Both the position numbers and the translations under genes were made by a program. The notes beneath the pieces are model-generated. The model was not told where the DNA came from. It saw only the letters and a program-made list of their open reading frames with translations, and ran no database searches. Below, piece after piece: positions 20,664-29,218 of a DNA stretch of 64,000 nt. Source of the DNA: an uncultured Pseudomonadota bacterium. Its GTDB lineage: Bacteria; Oederibacteriota; Muellerivitia; Muellerivitales; Muellerivitaceae. Position 1 is the stretch's first letter; each line of letters begins with the position of its first letter. The stretch lies in the NCBI GenBank assembly GCA_963843375.1, contig CAWJKT010000011.1, forward strand, positions 192,001-256,000, in the 5' to 3' direction.

Positions 20664-21333
20664 AAACCTCCGATTTTAAACCACAATTAACAGCTTCCCA
20701 AAGGTATCTGCTGGCAAGTGTTCTATGAGGCTTCCATTTCAATCCGATTTTCATGACTTGATCTGGCGTGGGCTTCTTTTTTAAAGAGTAGGCAATTTGA
20801 ATACCGCGTTGTAAGCCAATATCAAAACAGGGTAAAACATCCGGTCTTTGCATGTGGAAAATTAAATACATCTCGGCCGTCCATCTTCCGATTCCATTTA
20901 TTCTTTGTAATTCTTCTAAAACAATATTATCAGGCTTGGAATTCAGTTCTTTAAGATTCAATTTTCTTTCTTTTACTGCTTTACATAGATCACGTAAAAA
21001 ACCAATTTTTTGTTTTGATATCCCAATTTTTCTTAGGACTCTAAATGGGGTCCTCAATACTTTGTTTGCTGTTGGATTTTTTCGGGAATATAAAGCGGCA
21101 AAACGTGAAAAGATAGTCCTTGCAGCAGCGCTACTTAATTGTTGCCCAATAATAGCTCTCAATAAAGCTTGCAATGCCGGACGAGGTACTGAACTGATTA
21201 ATGAAAGTTTATTATTTTGAATTGCCTTAACACGCTTAATTAATTTCCCAAGTTTGGGGTCTCTTTTTGATAAATGTTTTTCACCGATTCTTTTCAAAAT
21301 TATTTCCTGTCTAAGAATGTTCGGAATGGCCAT
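20653..21333 (-). CDS. DNA-3-methyladenine glycosylase II family (AlkA-like, HhH-GPD)
   Basis: AIIGQQLS, GIGRWTAEMYLIF...RPDVLP..D and W.P.R..A..YLW. Confidence 0.88.
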   Translation of the reverse strand: MAIPNILRQEIILKRIGEKHLSKRDPKLGKLIKRVKAIQNNKLSLISSVPRPALQALLRAIIGQQLSSAAARTIFSRFAALYSRKNPTANKVLRTPFRVLRKIGISKQKIGFLRDLCKAVKERKLNLKELNSKPDNIVLEELQRINGIGRWTAEMYLIFHMQRPDVLPCFDIGLQRGIQIAYSLKKKPTPDQVMKIGLKWKPHRTLASRYLWEAVNCGLKSEVYVD

Positions 21334-21435
21334 CAATTATCAAAACACCTGTTACAAAACAGGGCAACATATACACCCTAACAATACCATGTTAAACTTT
21401 CGCAATCACAGATTCCGTTCTAAAGGCATTTTTTA

Positions 21436-22095
21436 ATGACATTTAACGAATACAAAAAAATGCTTCCGAAAAACTTAAGCATCGTTAAAGAGAAAATTCT
21501 TAAACGTCTTTGGGAAGAGGGAGATAAATTTCCTAAAGGATGGGTTAAAAGTTCCGAATTGCTTTCGATTACAAAGCAAAAGTACTTTGACAGAAGAACT
21601 CGCGAATTGCGGGATGAAATGGGTTGCGATATCGAAACAAAGATTATTGAGGCCGAACACAGCTATCGATTAAATTCCCCAAAAATAAACATATCTAATC
21701 CACGACATTATTTACCAAATAATCAAAAAGAAATCCTATTTGAAAAAAATAATTTCACCTGTTCAGTTTGTGGAAAAAAATACAAAAAAGAAGAAAAAGG
21801 ACTCCAATCTGATCATAAGATTCCATTAATGCGTGGCGGAACCAACGAAGAAAGCAACTGGCAACCACTCTGTGTGGAATGCAACGTAATTAAAAGAAGG
21901 GCTTGCGCTGGTTGTAAATTGGATTGTAAAACTTGTTCCTGGGCTTTTCCTGAAAAAATCTCTGCAAGGACACTTATACAGTTGCCCCCTAAACTTAATC
22001 AGTATTTATATGAACATTGTAAAAACGAAAACCAAACTTTAAGTGAATTTGTAGCTGAGGCTATTGAACAATATAAAACTAAGAACGAAGATTAA
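21436..22095 (+). CDS. HNH endonuclease (KpnI-like type II REase candidate) with possible C-terminal RHH domain
   Basis: RRTRELRDEMG, CSVC, DHKIP..GG....N...LC..CN..K, extra CxxCxxxCxxC; convergent with the C5 MTase. Confidence 0.7.
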   Translation: MTFNEYKKMLPKNLSIVKEKILKRLWEEGDKFPKGWVKSSELLSITKQKYFDRRTRELRDEMGCDIETKIIEAEHSYRLNSPKINISNPRHYLPNNQKEILFEKNNFTCSVCGKKYKKEEKGLQSDHKIPLMRGGTNEESNWQPLCVECNVIKRRACAGCKLDCKTCSWAFPEKISARTLIQLPPKLNQYLYEHCKNENQTLSEFVAEAIEQYKTKNED

Positions 22096-22128
22096 AAATC
22101 CGAACAAATTCAATTCTCAAATTTGTTT

Positions 22129-23145
22129 TTAATAAGATGCTGCTCTTTCCATCATTTCCAATAATGGTTCTTTCAAACCCATATAAGCTGGAACAATCTT
22201 TCTATTACCACATAAGGCCCTATTAATTTCTTTTCCAACAGCCTTTGCAACTGGTGGAGGAAAGGCGTTACCAACTTGTCTATACGCAGCAGTTTTACCT
22301 CCAACAAATTTCCAGCTATCAGGAAACCCCTGTAAACGGGCAACCATTTGAACTGTCAATTTAGGACGTGCATTTTTGGGAAAATCTGAGGGAGGTGGGA
22401 AATTAGCAATTCCTAATCCATCAACACCAAGGTGTGACCATTGTTCTTTGGCTCTAGTAGGGCCAAGATCAGGTCCTCCATGTTTTTTTGATCCACCAAC
22501 TATTGTTGGAGCAATTCCATTTGCAACTTTTACCCATTTTTTAGCTCCGGCCCATCCATTCGAGGTCATCAAGTCTAGTAATTCATAGCCAACGGTTTTT
22601 TCACACTTTTTAGGCTTAGGCCATGTGAATTTATCGGCATCTTCTCTAAGTAACGCAACTAAAATGAATCGGGGTCTTAATTGTGGGACATTGTAATCTG
22701 ATGCATTAAGCATTCTCCAATCGGCTCGGTAACCCAGGTCATTTAGAGAATTTAAAATATTTTTTCGATAACTGACGAATTTTTGGCTGGCCAAACCTTT
22801 TACATTTTCCAACATGACCGCTCGGGGCCTAATCTCGGAAACTAAACGTAAAGCATCGGGAAATAAATCGCGTTCATCCTTAGCTCCAAGTTGTTTACCT
22901 GCGATTGAGAAGGGTGGGCAAGGGACTCCGCCGGCAAGGAGATCAATTCCTTTGTAAGGCTTCCCATTAAAATCATGCAAGTCACCTTCAATTACATTCC
23001 ATTCAGGTCTGTTTACCCGCAGAGTTTTACAAGCATGGGGATCAATTTCTACAACAGCGACATGGTTAAAACCCGATTGTTCCAACCCAAGTGCTTGGCC
23101 ACCGCCTCCGGCACATATTTCTAAAGAAGTTAACGAATGCTTCAA
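22129..23145 (-). CDS. DNA (cytosine-5)-methyltransferase, NgoMIV/NaeI-like (GCCGGC predicted)
   Basis: CAGGGG, GVPCPPFS, ENV, PQLRPR and YRQVGNA; TRD APTIVGGSKKHGGPDLGPTRA is characteristic of M.NgoMIV/M.NaeI. Confidence 0.92.
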   Translation of the reverse strand: MKHSLTSLEICAGGGGQALGLEQSGFNHVAVVEIDPHACKTLRVNRPEWNVIEGDLHDFNGKPYKGIDLLAGGVPCPPFSIAGKQLGAKDERDLFPDALRLVSEIRPRAVMLENVKGLASQKFVSYRKNILNSLNDLGYRADWRMLNASDYNVPQLRPRFILVALLREDADKFTWPKPKKCEKTVGYELLDLMTSNGWAGAKKWVKVANGIAPTIVGGSKKHGGPDLGPTRAKEQWSHLGVDGLGIANFPPPSDFPKNARPKLTVQMVARLQGFPDSWKFVGGKTAAYRQVGNAFPPPVAKAVGKEINRALCGNRKIVPAYMGLKEPLLEMMERAASY

Positions 23146-23215
23146 GTTAGTCCCTCTGAAAGGTATACACTTGTATTTATCCTACCAAAAATTTTATTTT
23201 TTTAAAACTTTTAAG

Positions 23216-24874
23216 TTATATAAAAGTTTTAAGCGCTAATTGCGCAAGATAAACACTCCTTTGATTAATCGACGTTTCATCCCAAGTTAAATATTTTCCA
23301 CCTATTTCCTTGGTTAATTCAATTTTCGAATCGTTGTAAATAACCACCTTTTCCTCAAAACTACTATTGGCCGCCTTTTGATTTTTTCTTGGGCCAAGCA
23401 AAGTGAGATTTCCTAAACGCCAAAGGAAAGGCTCCAAAACCGAACGATTTGACCAAGTTCCGCTTTTTGGATTTTGAGGAAAAATGTGCTCTAAATTTAC
23501 ATTGCCTTTTGCTGTTGTTTCAATTTTCTTCCCTTTTTCAATTCCGGATAAATATCGCAAGATCCATTTTGATGCGTTGGAATCAAAATCATTTTCTTGA
23601 ACACTAGAAAGAACTTGTTGATTGGTTGGCATCTTCTCTCTTAGCTTAGTACAAACAAATTGAGCTTTTTGTCCATCATTTATTGATTTTGCTTCCAAAT
23701 AAAAAGCATTCTCTAAATATTTTGTATCAATATTTCCGGCAAGCTTAAATCTTACCGAAAAAACAGCGACAGCTTTAACAATCTTTGAAAAATCAGAAAT
23801 ACCATATTTGTTAAGCGCACTCATAAGAAGCGGCATCGAATTAAAGTATTTAAAAGCGTTTAAAATCCCAGCCAAATAAATTTTTGTATTTTCATCAAAT
23901 TCCGCATCATGATCAAAATCCAATATTCTTGTGTATGCTTCGGCGCCCAATTCCAAATGTCGGGAATACTTAACACTATCTAATCCTTTTGTTTGAAGGC
24001 TTTTTTTGATTTTTCTATATAAACTCGATGCCTTTTCATCACCGTGCTGTGACACCCAAAAATGCCTTAAAAATCTTTGTACATCGATTGGACCAAGCGT
24101 GCGAAGCATATTATCCCATGTTCCTCGGACCCGATTGTGCTCACCTTTATTTGAACATTTTTGCATCAATAGATTTAGTAAAAGGTCCGGGGCAGATAAT
24201 CGCATTCCGCGATCATTCAATGATTCAAAAATCGCAAAAGAATCAGCGAAGTCACTTATTTTTATTCCAATTACTATTACACCATTCGCCAAACAATCCC
24301 GAATATCTTCTAATCGTTTTTCCCAACGACCACCCGTTTTCTTCGGCAATTCTTGTTTAATTCTTTCTAATATCTTTTCATAAGCATCTTTTAAAAGCTT
24401 ATGAGAACGGATTTTTGAAGTGCCAATAGTTGCTTCAAAATCTTGAATGTTATTTAAAAAAAAGATTTTATCGACTTCACCAAGAACTAATGAATATTGA
24501 GAATTTCTTTCGTTTTTTAAAATAAAATCTCTATGAATATCTCTCGCTAATTGATTTTCTTTGCTAAATTCCTTTGCCAAATTACGAAGAGCACAAAACA
24601 TTATGGTAGCGGTTGTAATACGTTGCTGACCATCCAAAAGGGAAATTTCATTGCTCTTTTCCTGAAGGACTAAGGGTCCAAGGAAATATTTGGATGCTAT
24701 AGATTTCTGTTTGTAAACTTTTTCAAATTCAAAAAAATCATTAAGAAATGCTTCGATTCTATCTTTATCCCAGCTAAAACCTCTTTGATAAACCGGTAAG
24801 AAGATAGAGCGAGTTTCATTTCTGCCTAAAAGTCTTCCAAATGAATAGTTTGCTGCCTCAAAGGTGCTTGGCAT
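23216..24874 (-). CDS. DUF262 + DUF1524 protein (GmrSD-like type IV restriction)
   Basis: P.YQRGFSW, LDGQQRITT, FESLNDRG, EHIFPQ and GNLTLL...N motifs. Confidence 0.88.
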   Translation of the reverse strand: MPSTFEAANYSFGRLLGRNETRSIFLPVYQRGFSWDKDRIEAFLNDFFEFEKVYKQKSIASKYFLGPLVLQEKSNEISLLDGQQRITTATIMFCALRNLAKEFSKENQLARDIHRDFILKNERNSQYSLVLGEVDKIFFLNNIQDFEATIGTSKIRSHKLLKDAYEKILERIKQELPKKTGGRWEKRLEDIRDCLANGVIVIGIKISDFADSFAIFESLNDRGMRLSAPDLLLNLLMQKCSNKGEHNRVRGTWDNMLRTLGPIDVQRFLRHFWVSQHGDEKASSLYRKIKKSLQTKGLDSVKYSRHLELGAEAYTRILDFDHDAEFDENTKIYLAGILNAFKYFNSMPLLMSALNKYGISDFSKIVKAVAVFSVRFKLAGNIDTKYLENAFYLEAKSINDGQKAQFVCTKLREKMPTNQQVLSSVQENDFDSNASKWILRYLSGIEKGKKIETTAKGNVNLEHIFPQNPKSGTWSNRSVLEPFLWRLGNLTLLGPRKNQKAANSSFEEKVVIYNDSKIELTKEIGGKYLTWDETSINQRSVYLAQLALKTFI

Positions 24875-24983
24875 TTTTGGTCCTAGTTTTAATTTGCACA
24901 ATCAATTTAGAAGGTAAATTCTAATCTAGCATTATTCTAATTTTTTTTATAAGAAAAAGGTTTTCTATTGGATACAAATTTCA

Positions 24984-25017
24984 AAAACCCAAAAGCCCAT
25001 AAGGGCTTTTGGGTTTT
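24984..25017. terminator. Perfect hairpin terminator downstream of radC
   Basis: AAAACCCAAAAGCCC ataa GGGCTTTTGGGTTTT. Confidence 0.75.
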
Positions 25018-25027
25018 AATTTTGGTC

Positions 25028-25519
25028 TTAAATTAAGAGTCCGGCTTGGCGGAAGGAAAAATGCCCTTCGTGGGTAACTATCAAGTGGTCATGGACCGTG
25101 ATGCCCAAAGCCCTGGCGGCGGTCAAAATCTGGCGGGTTAAAGCCTTGTCTCCTTCGGAAGGTTCCAAGCTTCCGGCAGGGTGGTTATGGCTGAAAATAA
25201 TCCCCGTTGCGTCCAATTCCAGGGCCTTCTTGAGGACTTCACGGGGATAAACGGCGGTATGGTCTACAGTCCCTTCCTGGTTTAAAACCACATCTAAAAC
25301 GTGGTTCCGATGGTCAACGTACATGGTCATAAATGCCTCGTTCCGCTTCCCTCCGATGTACTGTTTGAAATACGCCACTACATCCTCCGGGCCTGAAACA
25401 ACCGGCCCTCTTTTGTAGTCCGCCCTGGCCTCTGCCCAAGAAATCGGTGGAACGGTCGGCGGTGGCACCGCCTTAACGTCGAACTTCATCTCCTCTTCCT
25501 GCACTTTGCTTGTTTTCAT
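25028..25519 (-). CDS. RadC-like JAB domain protein
   Basis: E.F..., GTVD...VYPREV, HNHPAG...PS..D and DHLIV; stand-alone form typical of mobile elements. Confidence 0.9.
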   Translation of the reverse strand: MKTSKVQEEEMKFDVKAVPPPTVPPISWAEARADYKRGPVVSGPEDVVAYFKQYIGGKRNEAFMTMYVDHRNHVLDVVLNQEGTVDHTAVYPREVLKKALELDATGIIFSHNHPAGSLEPSEGDKALTRQILTAARALGITVHDHLIVTHEGHFSFRQAGLLI

Positions 25520-25892
25520 CTCCGTGGCTCCTTCTGATGGAGCGCGCTCCGGGCCGCCCCTTCACCAACCGGATGAGGGGCGGCCCGGAGAATTTGGCCG
25601 ATAGATAGTGGAGATCACTCTCTATCGGCGCTTAATTGTTTTCGAGTTTTCCGAGGGAGTGCGATAGCGAAGCGACAGCATCCCAGGCCTGGTGACCCGG
25701 ACACGCTTTAGGTGTCCGAGGGCAGGCGACCGGTCGCCAAGGCTGGTCGGAATCAGGAGAAAACAGCCAATCGTAGCCATTTCTCGCTCTTGTCCTGCAA
25801 AATATTTGTCTTATTGTTTGTAGCGTTACCTTTTGTGCCTTGGTCTCGCCTAATGAAGTGAGGGGAAACACGCCGGTCCAAAGAGGTTCATA

Positions 25893-26519
25893 GTGACGGG
25901 TGACGAAGAATCAAAATTATTGGCCGGGCTGAGGGAAAGCGACCCCAAGGCACAAAAACAATTTTGGTCAATTTATTACAACCAAATATTTGGACACGTT
26001 CAAACGTCCCTCGCCAAAGGGCATTCCAAGGAAGACTCCGAGGAAATAGTAAGCGAGGTATTTCGACGTATTTTTCGGGACATTAAATCGTTTCAGGGAA
26101 CCAGCACCCTGAAAACGTGGATATTTACGATTGTTAGACACGTCGCAGCAGAACATTACCGGCCCCAACGGAATGAATACACGGCCCACGCACCAGAAAA
26201 GTTCACTGAGTTTTCCGAAGAGACGGTTCCCAACAAGCTCGATGAAGGGAAGCCTATCGAGGCAGCCCTGGACGAATTGGAGAGGAAAGAGCAGTTTTCC
26301 AGTGTTCTTTCACTTTTGGACGAACTAGAAACGCAACAAATCCAAACAGTTTCTTATCGCATCCTCCAGGGAATGTCCGTCAAAGAGACCTCGGATGTCA
26401 TGGGCATTTCTGAGGGCGCGGTCAAAATGTCTTTTTATAGGGCGGTGCTCAAACTCAAGGATCTTGCAGCTTCGCGAAGAGACCTTGACGATTTCACCTC
26501 AACACAAGGAGGGAAATAA
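25893..26519 (+). CDS. ECF-type RNA polymerase sigma factor
   Basis: Region 2 DSEEIVSEVF...F.G.S.LKTWIFTI.R; region 4 GMSVKET..VMGISEGAVK..FYRA. Confidence 0.88.
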   Translation: MTGDEESKLLAGLRESDPKAQKQFWSIYYNQIFGHVQTSLAKGHSKEDSEEIVSEVFRRIFRDIKSFQGTSTLKTWIFTIVRHVAAEHYRPQRNEYTAHAPEKFTEFSEETVPNKLDEGKPIEAALDELERKEQFSSVLSLLDELETQQIQTVSYRILQGMSVKETSDVMGISEGAVKMSFYRAVLKLKDLAASRRDLDDFTSTQGGK

Positions 26520-27313
26520 TGAACAAGAAATATAACGATGCTGAAAAAGCGGAAATTGTTTCCCAGTTCATCGACCAAATGAACTTGTCTGGCTCTGCTT
26601 CAATTGAGATTTTTCTAGAAGAGTACCCTGAGCTTTCAAATGAGCTCGAACCTCTTTTAGGACTTTCATTGGATTTGAAAAAAGACTTTCAAAAAACGTA
26701 TTTGGCAAATGAAGAGGTTGAGAAGAAATTTTTAAAATTTTATGAAAAGCCGACCGCGAACCGGAATCAGGTTGTTGCGGTTGCCTTAGATCAGCGTCCC
26801 GATTTTATGTTGCTCTTACTTAAGATGATGGATGGCGTAAAAGGTGTTACTAGGTTAACGAAATTGTTGTTTTTGATGGGGAAAGAAGCCCGTTTCGATC
26901 AATACGTTAACAATTACTACGCCCATGCCGCCGATAATTTTGGACCGTTTGATGATGTTATTTTCCAAGATATCGAAGCCCTCAAGAAAGTCGGTTTCAT
27001 AACAGAAGAGAATCTTGTTTTAAAAAGCGACGATGAGGATTCGAAATACGAAGGCCAACTTTATCCAAATAAAGTGCAAAAGAATTATGAACTGACTGAT
27101 AGCGGCAAAAAATTCACGGAAGAACTATTCAAAAAGGTTGAGCAGACAAGGCCAGAAGTCATCAACGATCTAAAAAAGATAATTAGTAAATATGGGAAGC
27201 TGTCTTTAAAGAGTCTTTTGACCCGTGTTTATACAGATTATCCGGAATACACAGTCAAATCGAAAATAAAAGACCAAATATTGGGGAATAAGAAAGATGA
27301 AAAAAAGAATTAA
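26519..27313 (+). CDS. Fusion of anti-sigma-like N-terminus and SocA/YwgA (Panacea)-like winged-helix domain
   Basis: N-term FLEEYPELSNELEPLL; C-term G.TRL.KLLFL...FGPF...I..D...L...Y.LT..G...LL..VY..YPE. Confidence 0.55.
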   Translation: MNKKYNDAEKAEIVSQFIDQMNLSGSASIEIFLEEYPELSNELEPLLGLSLDLKKDFQKTYLANEEVEKKFLKFYEKPTANRNQVVAVALDQRPDFMLLLLKMMDGVKGVTRLTKLLFLMGKEARFDQYVNNYYAHAADNFGPFDDVIFQDIEALKKVGFITEENLVLKSDDEDSKYEGQLYPNKVQKNYELTDSGKKFTEELFKKVEQTRPEVINDLKKIISKYGKLSLKSLLTRVYTDYPEYTVKSKIKDQILGNKKDEKKN

Positions 27314-27731
27314 GGAAAGACAACTTTTGAAACCGGTGTGTCGGTTGTTTCCGAAACTTGTTCCTGTCACTGAGTTCCCGTTCAAAGGGAAGCTTATTGA
27401 TGTCTTGTTTATTAAAAGGAAAACAGGAAAAGGAAATTTAATAGCTATCGAATTGAAAATAAAAAAGTGGAAAAAGGCAATGCGGCAGGCTGCGGTATAT
27501 CAGTTGTTCGCGCATAAGGTTTACATAGCGCTCCCCAACGATCGATTAAACGACAGGGTGTTGGAAACTGTTACGAACCAAGGGATAGGAGTTATATCGA
27601 TCGACTTAGAAAAGAAATTACTGAAAGCCAAAATTGTGAGAAGACCAAAGCCCACAAACTTCTTAAACAAAAAGTACACAGAAGAAGTCTTGGATTTAAT
27701 TAAGAAATCCAAATATGTGGGGGTCGGATGA
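27297..27731 (+). CDS. Small PD-(D/E)xK nuclease-fold protein
   Basis: E...IDVL...IAIELK..W..A..QA..Y...A..VYIA...GIGVI. Confidence 0.65.
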   Translation: MKKRIKERQLLKPVCRLFPKLVPVTEFPFKGKLIDVLFIKRKTGKGNLIAIELKIKKWKKAMRQAAVYQLFAHKVYIALPNDRLNDRVLETVTNQGIGVISIDLEKKLLKAKIVRRPKPTNFLNKKYTEEVLDLIKKSKYVGVG

Positions 27732-29029
27732 AATTTCCAGCCAAACAGCCCATCGTTTATATTCGGCCTCGTCAGACCGATAAACAATTATTGGAAGATC
27801 CAAGGATTATTGGGCATTACCAGGGAATCCACATGCCGGCAACAGCTCCAGATGGAGTCAGAGAAATGATCCGTAATCTTGGCAAGCCAACCTTTATTGA
27901 TCCTGATACGTATTTTTACTCCTTGCCGCTTAAACGTTTATTTGCGGAAGAGAAAAAAACATTCAAACCAAGTATCGGAAGGTTGTTTGGGGAATATCAA
28001 AGCATCGGGGACGTTAGTGTTACCTCATCCCGTACGATTCCCGGAAATCCGTCCGAGATTCAGTTCTTTGTAAGGCGAGTCTTGGAATTTCAAAATAGCC
28101 GTTTGAACGGCCAAACAACTTTGGTGAATGCAAATTATTCCAAATATGCCGATTGGCAAAAAAGCTATGGAGAAGTTGTTAATTACGAGACCTCGACATC
28201 TGAACCAGAATTCCTAATACCGCCTTATTTTTACTTTGATAAACATGACAATGAAAAATACAAGTTGTCATTGGCATGCGCAAAAGCTGCCCTTCGTTCG
28301 AGACCAACGGGAAGTTCCATTTACCCGGTTATCTTTTTCTCAAAAGTCTTGCTTAAGAAGGGAGATGTAATACAAAAAATTGTTGATGACTATCTTGGAT
28401 TATCCGCGGACGGATTCATCCTTTGGATTAATGATTTCAAAGAAGAAAAAGAGCCGTTAGAAACTCTACTTGGGCTTTCTGCTTTAGTTAAGAATATTTC
28501 AGGGTCCAGAAAGCCGGTCCTGAAGTTGTTTGGCGGATATTTTTCACTTTTGCTTTCTCTAAATGGATTGACTGGTTTTTCATGTGGGTTGGGCTATGGG
28601 CAATCGAAAAATGCTTTCGCTTATGGTGCGAAGATGCGCGGGAAGTTTGAACCGAAGTATTACATCCAAGCTTTACATCGGGGTGTGGAGTTACCTGATG
28701 CCGAAAGATTAATACGATCTATTCCAGAATTGAGATGCTCCTGTGTTGTTTGCCAAAAGACTTTCGGTAGGAATTTTGACAATTTTTCAAAGATGAGCGA
28801 AGCCGGTATGTGCGAATGCCATTTTCTAAATGCGCGGCGACAGGAAATTAAAGAAATCATGGAAAAAGGCAAAGACTATATCTCCAGCTCAATCAAATTG
28901 ACAGCGAACTCATTCCAAATGAATTCATTAGTTGATGTTCGTGCTTTGAAAAATTGGGCCATGGTTTTGGATGAAATGGATCAAGCGGCAGGATCAAAAG
29001 TAATTAATATAAAAAGGTCCGGGGGGTGA
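27728..29029 (+). CDS. TGT-like TIM-barrel protein with CxCxxC-x22-H zinc motif, function unknown
   Basis: FIDP, YPVI, GYFSLLL...G..GFS.G.GYG and CSCVVC(22 aa)H. Confidence 0.55.
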   Translation: MKFPAKQPIVYIRPRQTDKQLLEDPRIIGHYQGIHMPATAPDGVREMIRNLGKPTFIDPDTYFYSLPLKRLFAEEKKTFKPSIGRLFGEYQSIGDVSVTSSRTIPGNPSEIQFFVRRVLEFQNSRLNGQTTLVNANYSKYADWQKSYGEVVNYETSTSEPEFLIPPYFYFDKHDNEKYKLSLACAKAALRSRPTGSSIYPVIFFSKVLLKKGDVIQKIVDDYLGLSADGFILWINDFKEEKEPLETLLGLSALVKNISGSRKPVLKLFGGYFSLLLSLNGLTGFSCGLGYGQSKNAFAYGAKMRGKFEPKYYIQALHRGVELPDAERLIRSIPELRCSCVVCQKTFGRNFDNFSKMSEAGMCECHFLNARRQEIKEIMEKGKDYISSSIKLTANSFQMNSLVDVRALKNWAMVLDEMDQAAGSKVINIKRSGG

Positions 29030-29034
29030 TATCA

Positions 29035-29166
29035 GTGGCAAATTTTTTAGCTTTCAGGCCAAAAACTAAAACTAAAAGACCTGTCGAGTTCAAAACATCG
29101 AACGGTCAAAAAGTCCAATTCAATGCGAAGAGAAAACCGTTGAGAAGGACTAGGGTGAAGTTTTAA
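29035..29166 (+). CDS. 43-aa highly basic peptide (below ORF-track cutoff)
   Basis: GGGGGTGAT RBS, GTG start, MANFLAFRPKTKTKRPVEFKTSNGQKVQFNAKRKPLRRTRVKF, TAA at 29164-29166. Confidence 0.5.
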   Translation: MANFLAFRPKTKTKRPVEFKTSNGQKVQFNAKRKPLRRTRVKF

Positions 29167-29218
29167 GAGGCAGGTTATTAATAAAAACCCGCTCTCCAAA
29201 AGTTGAAAGGAGTAAGCC

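Noticed and set aside
27728..29029. Canonical tgt or a Dpd modification system
   Set aside because: Catalytic motifs are not visible and there are no dpdB/C or que genes in the window.
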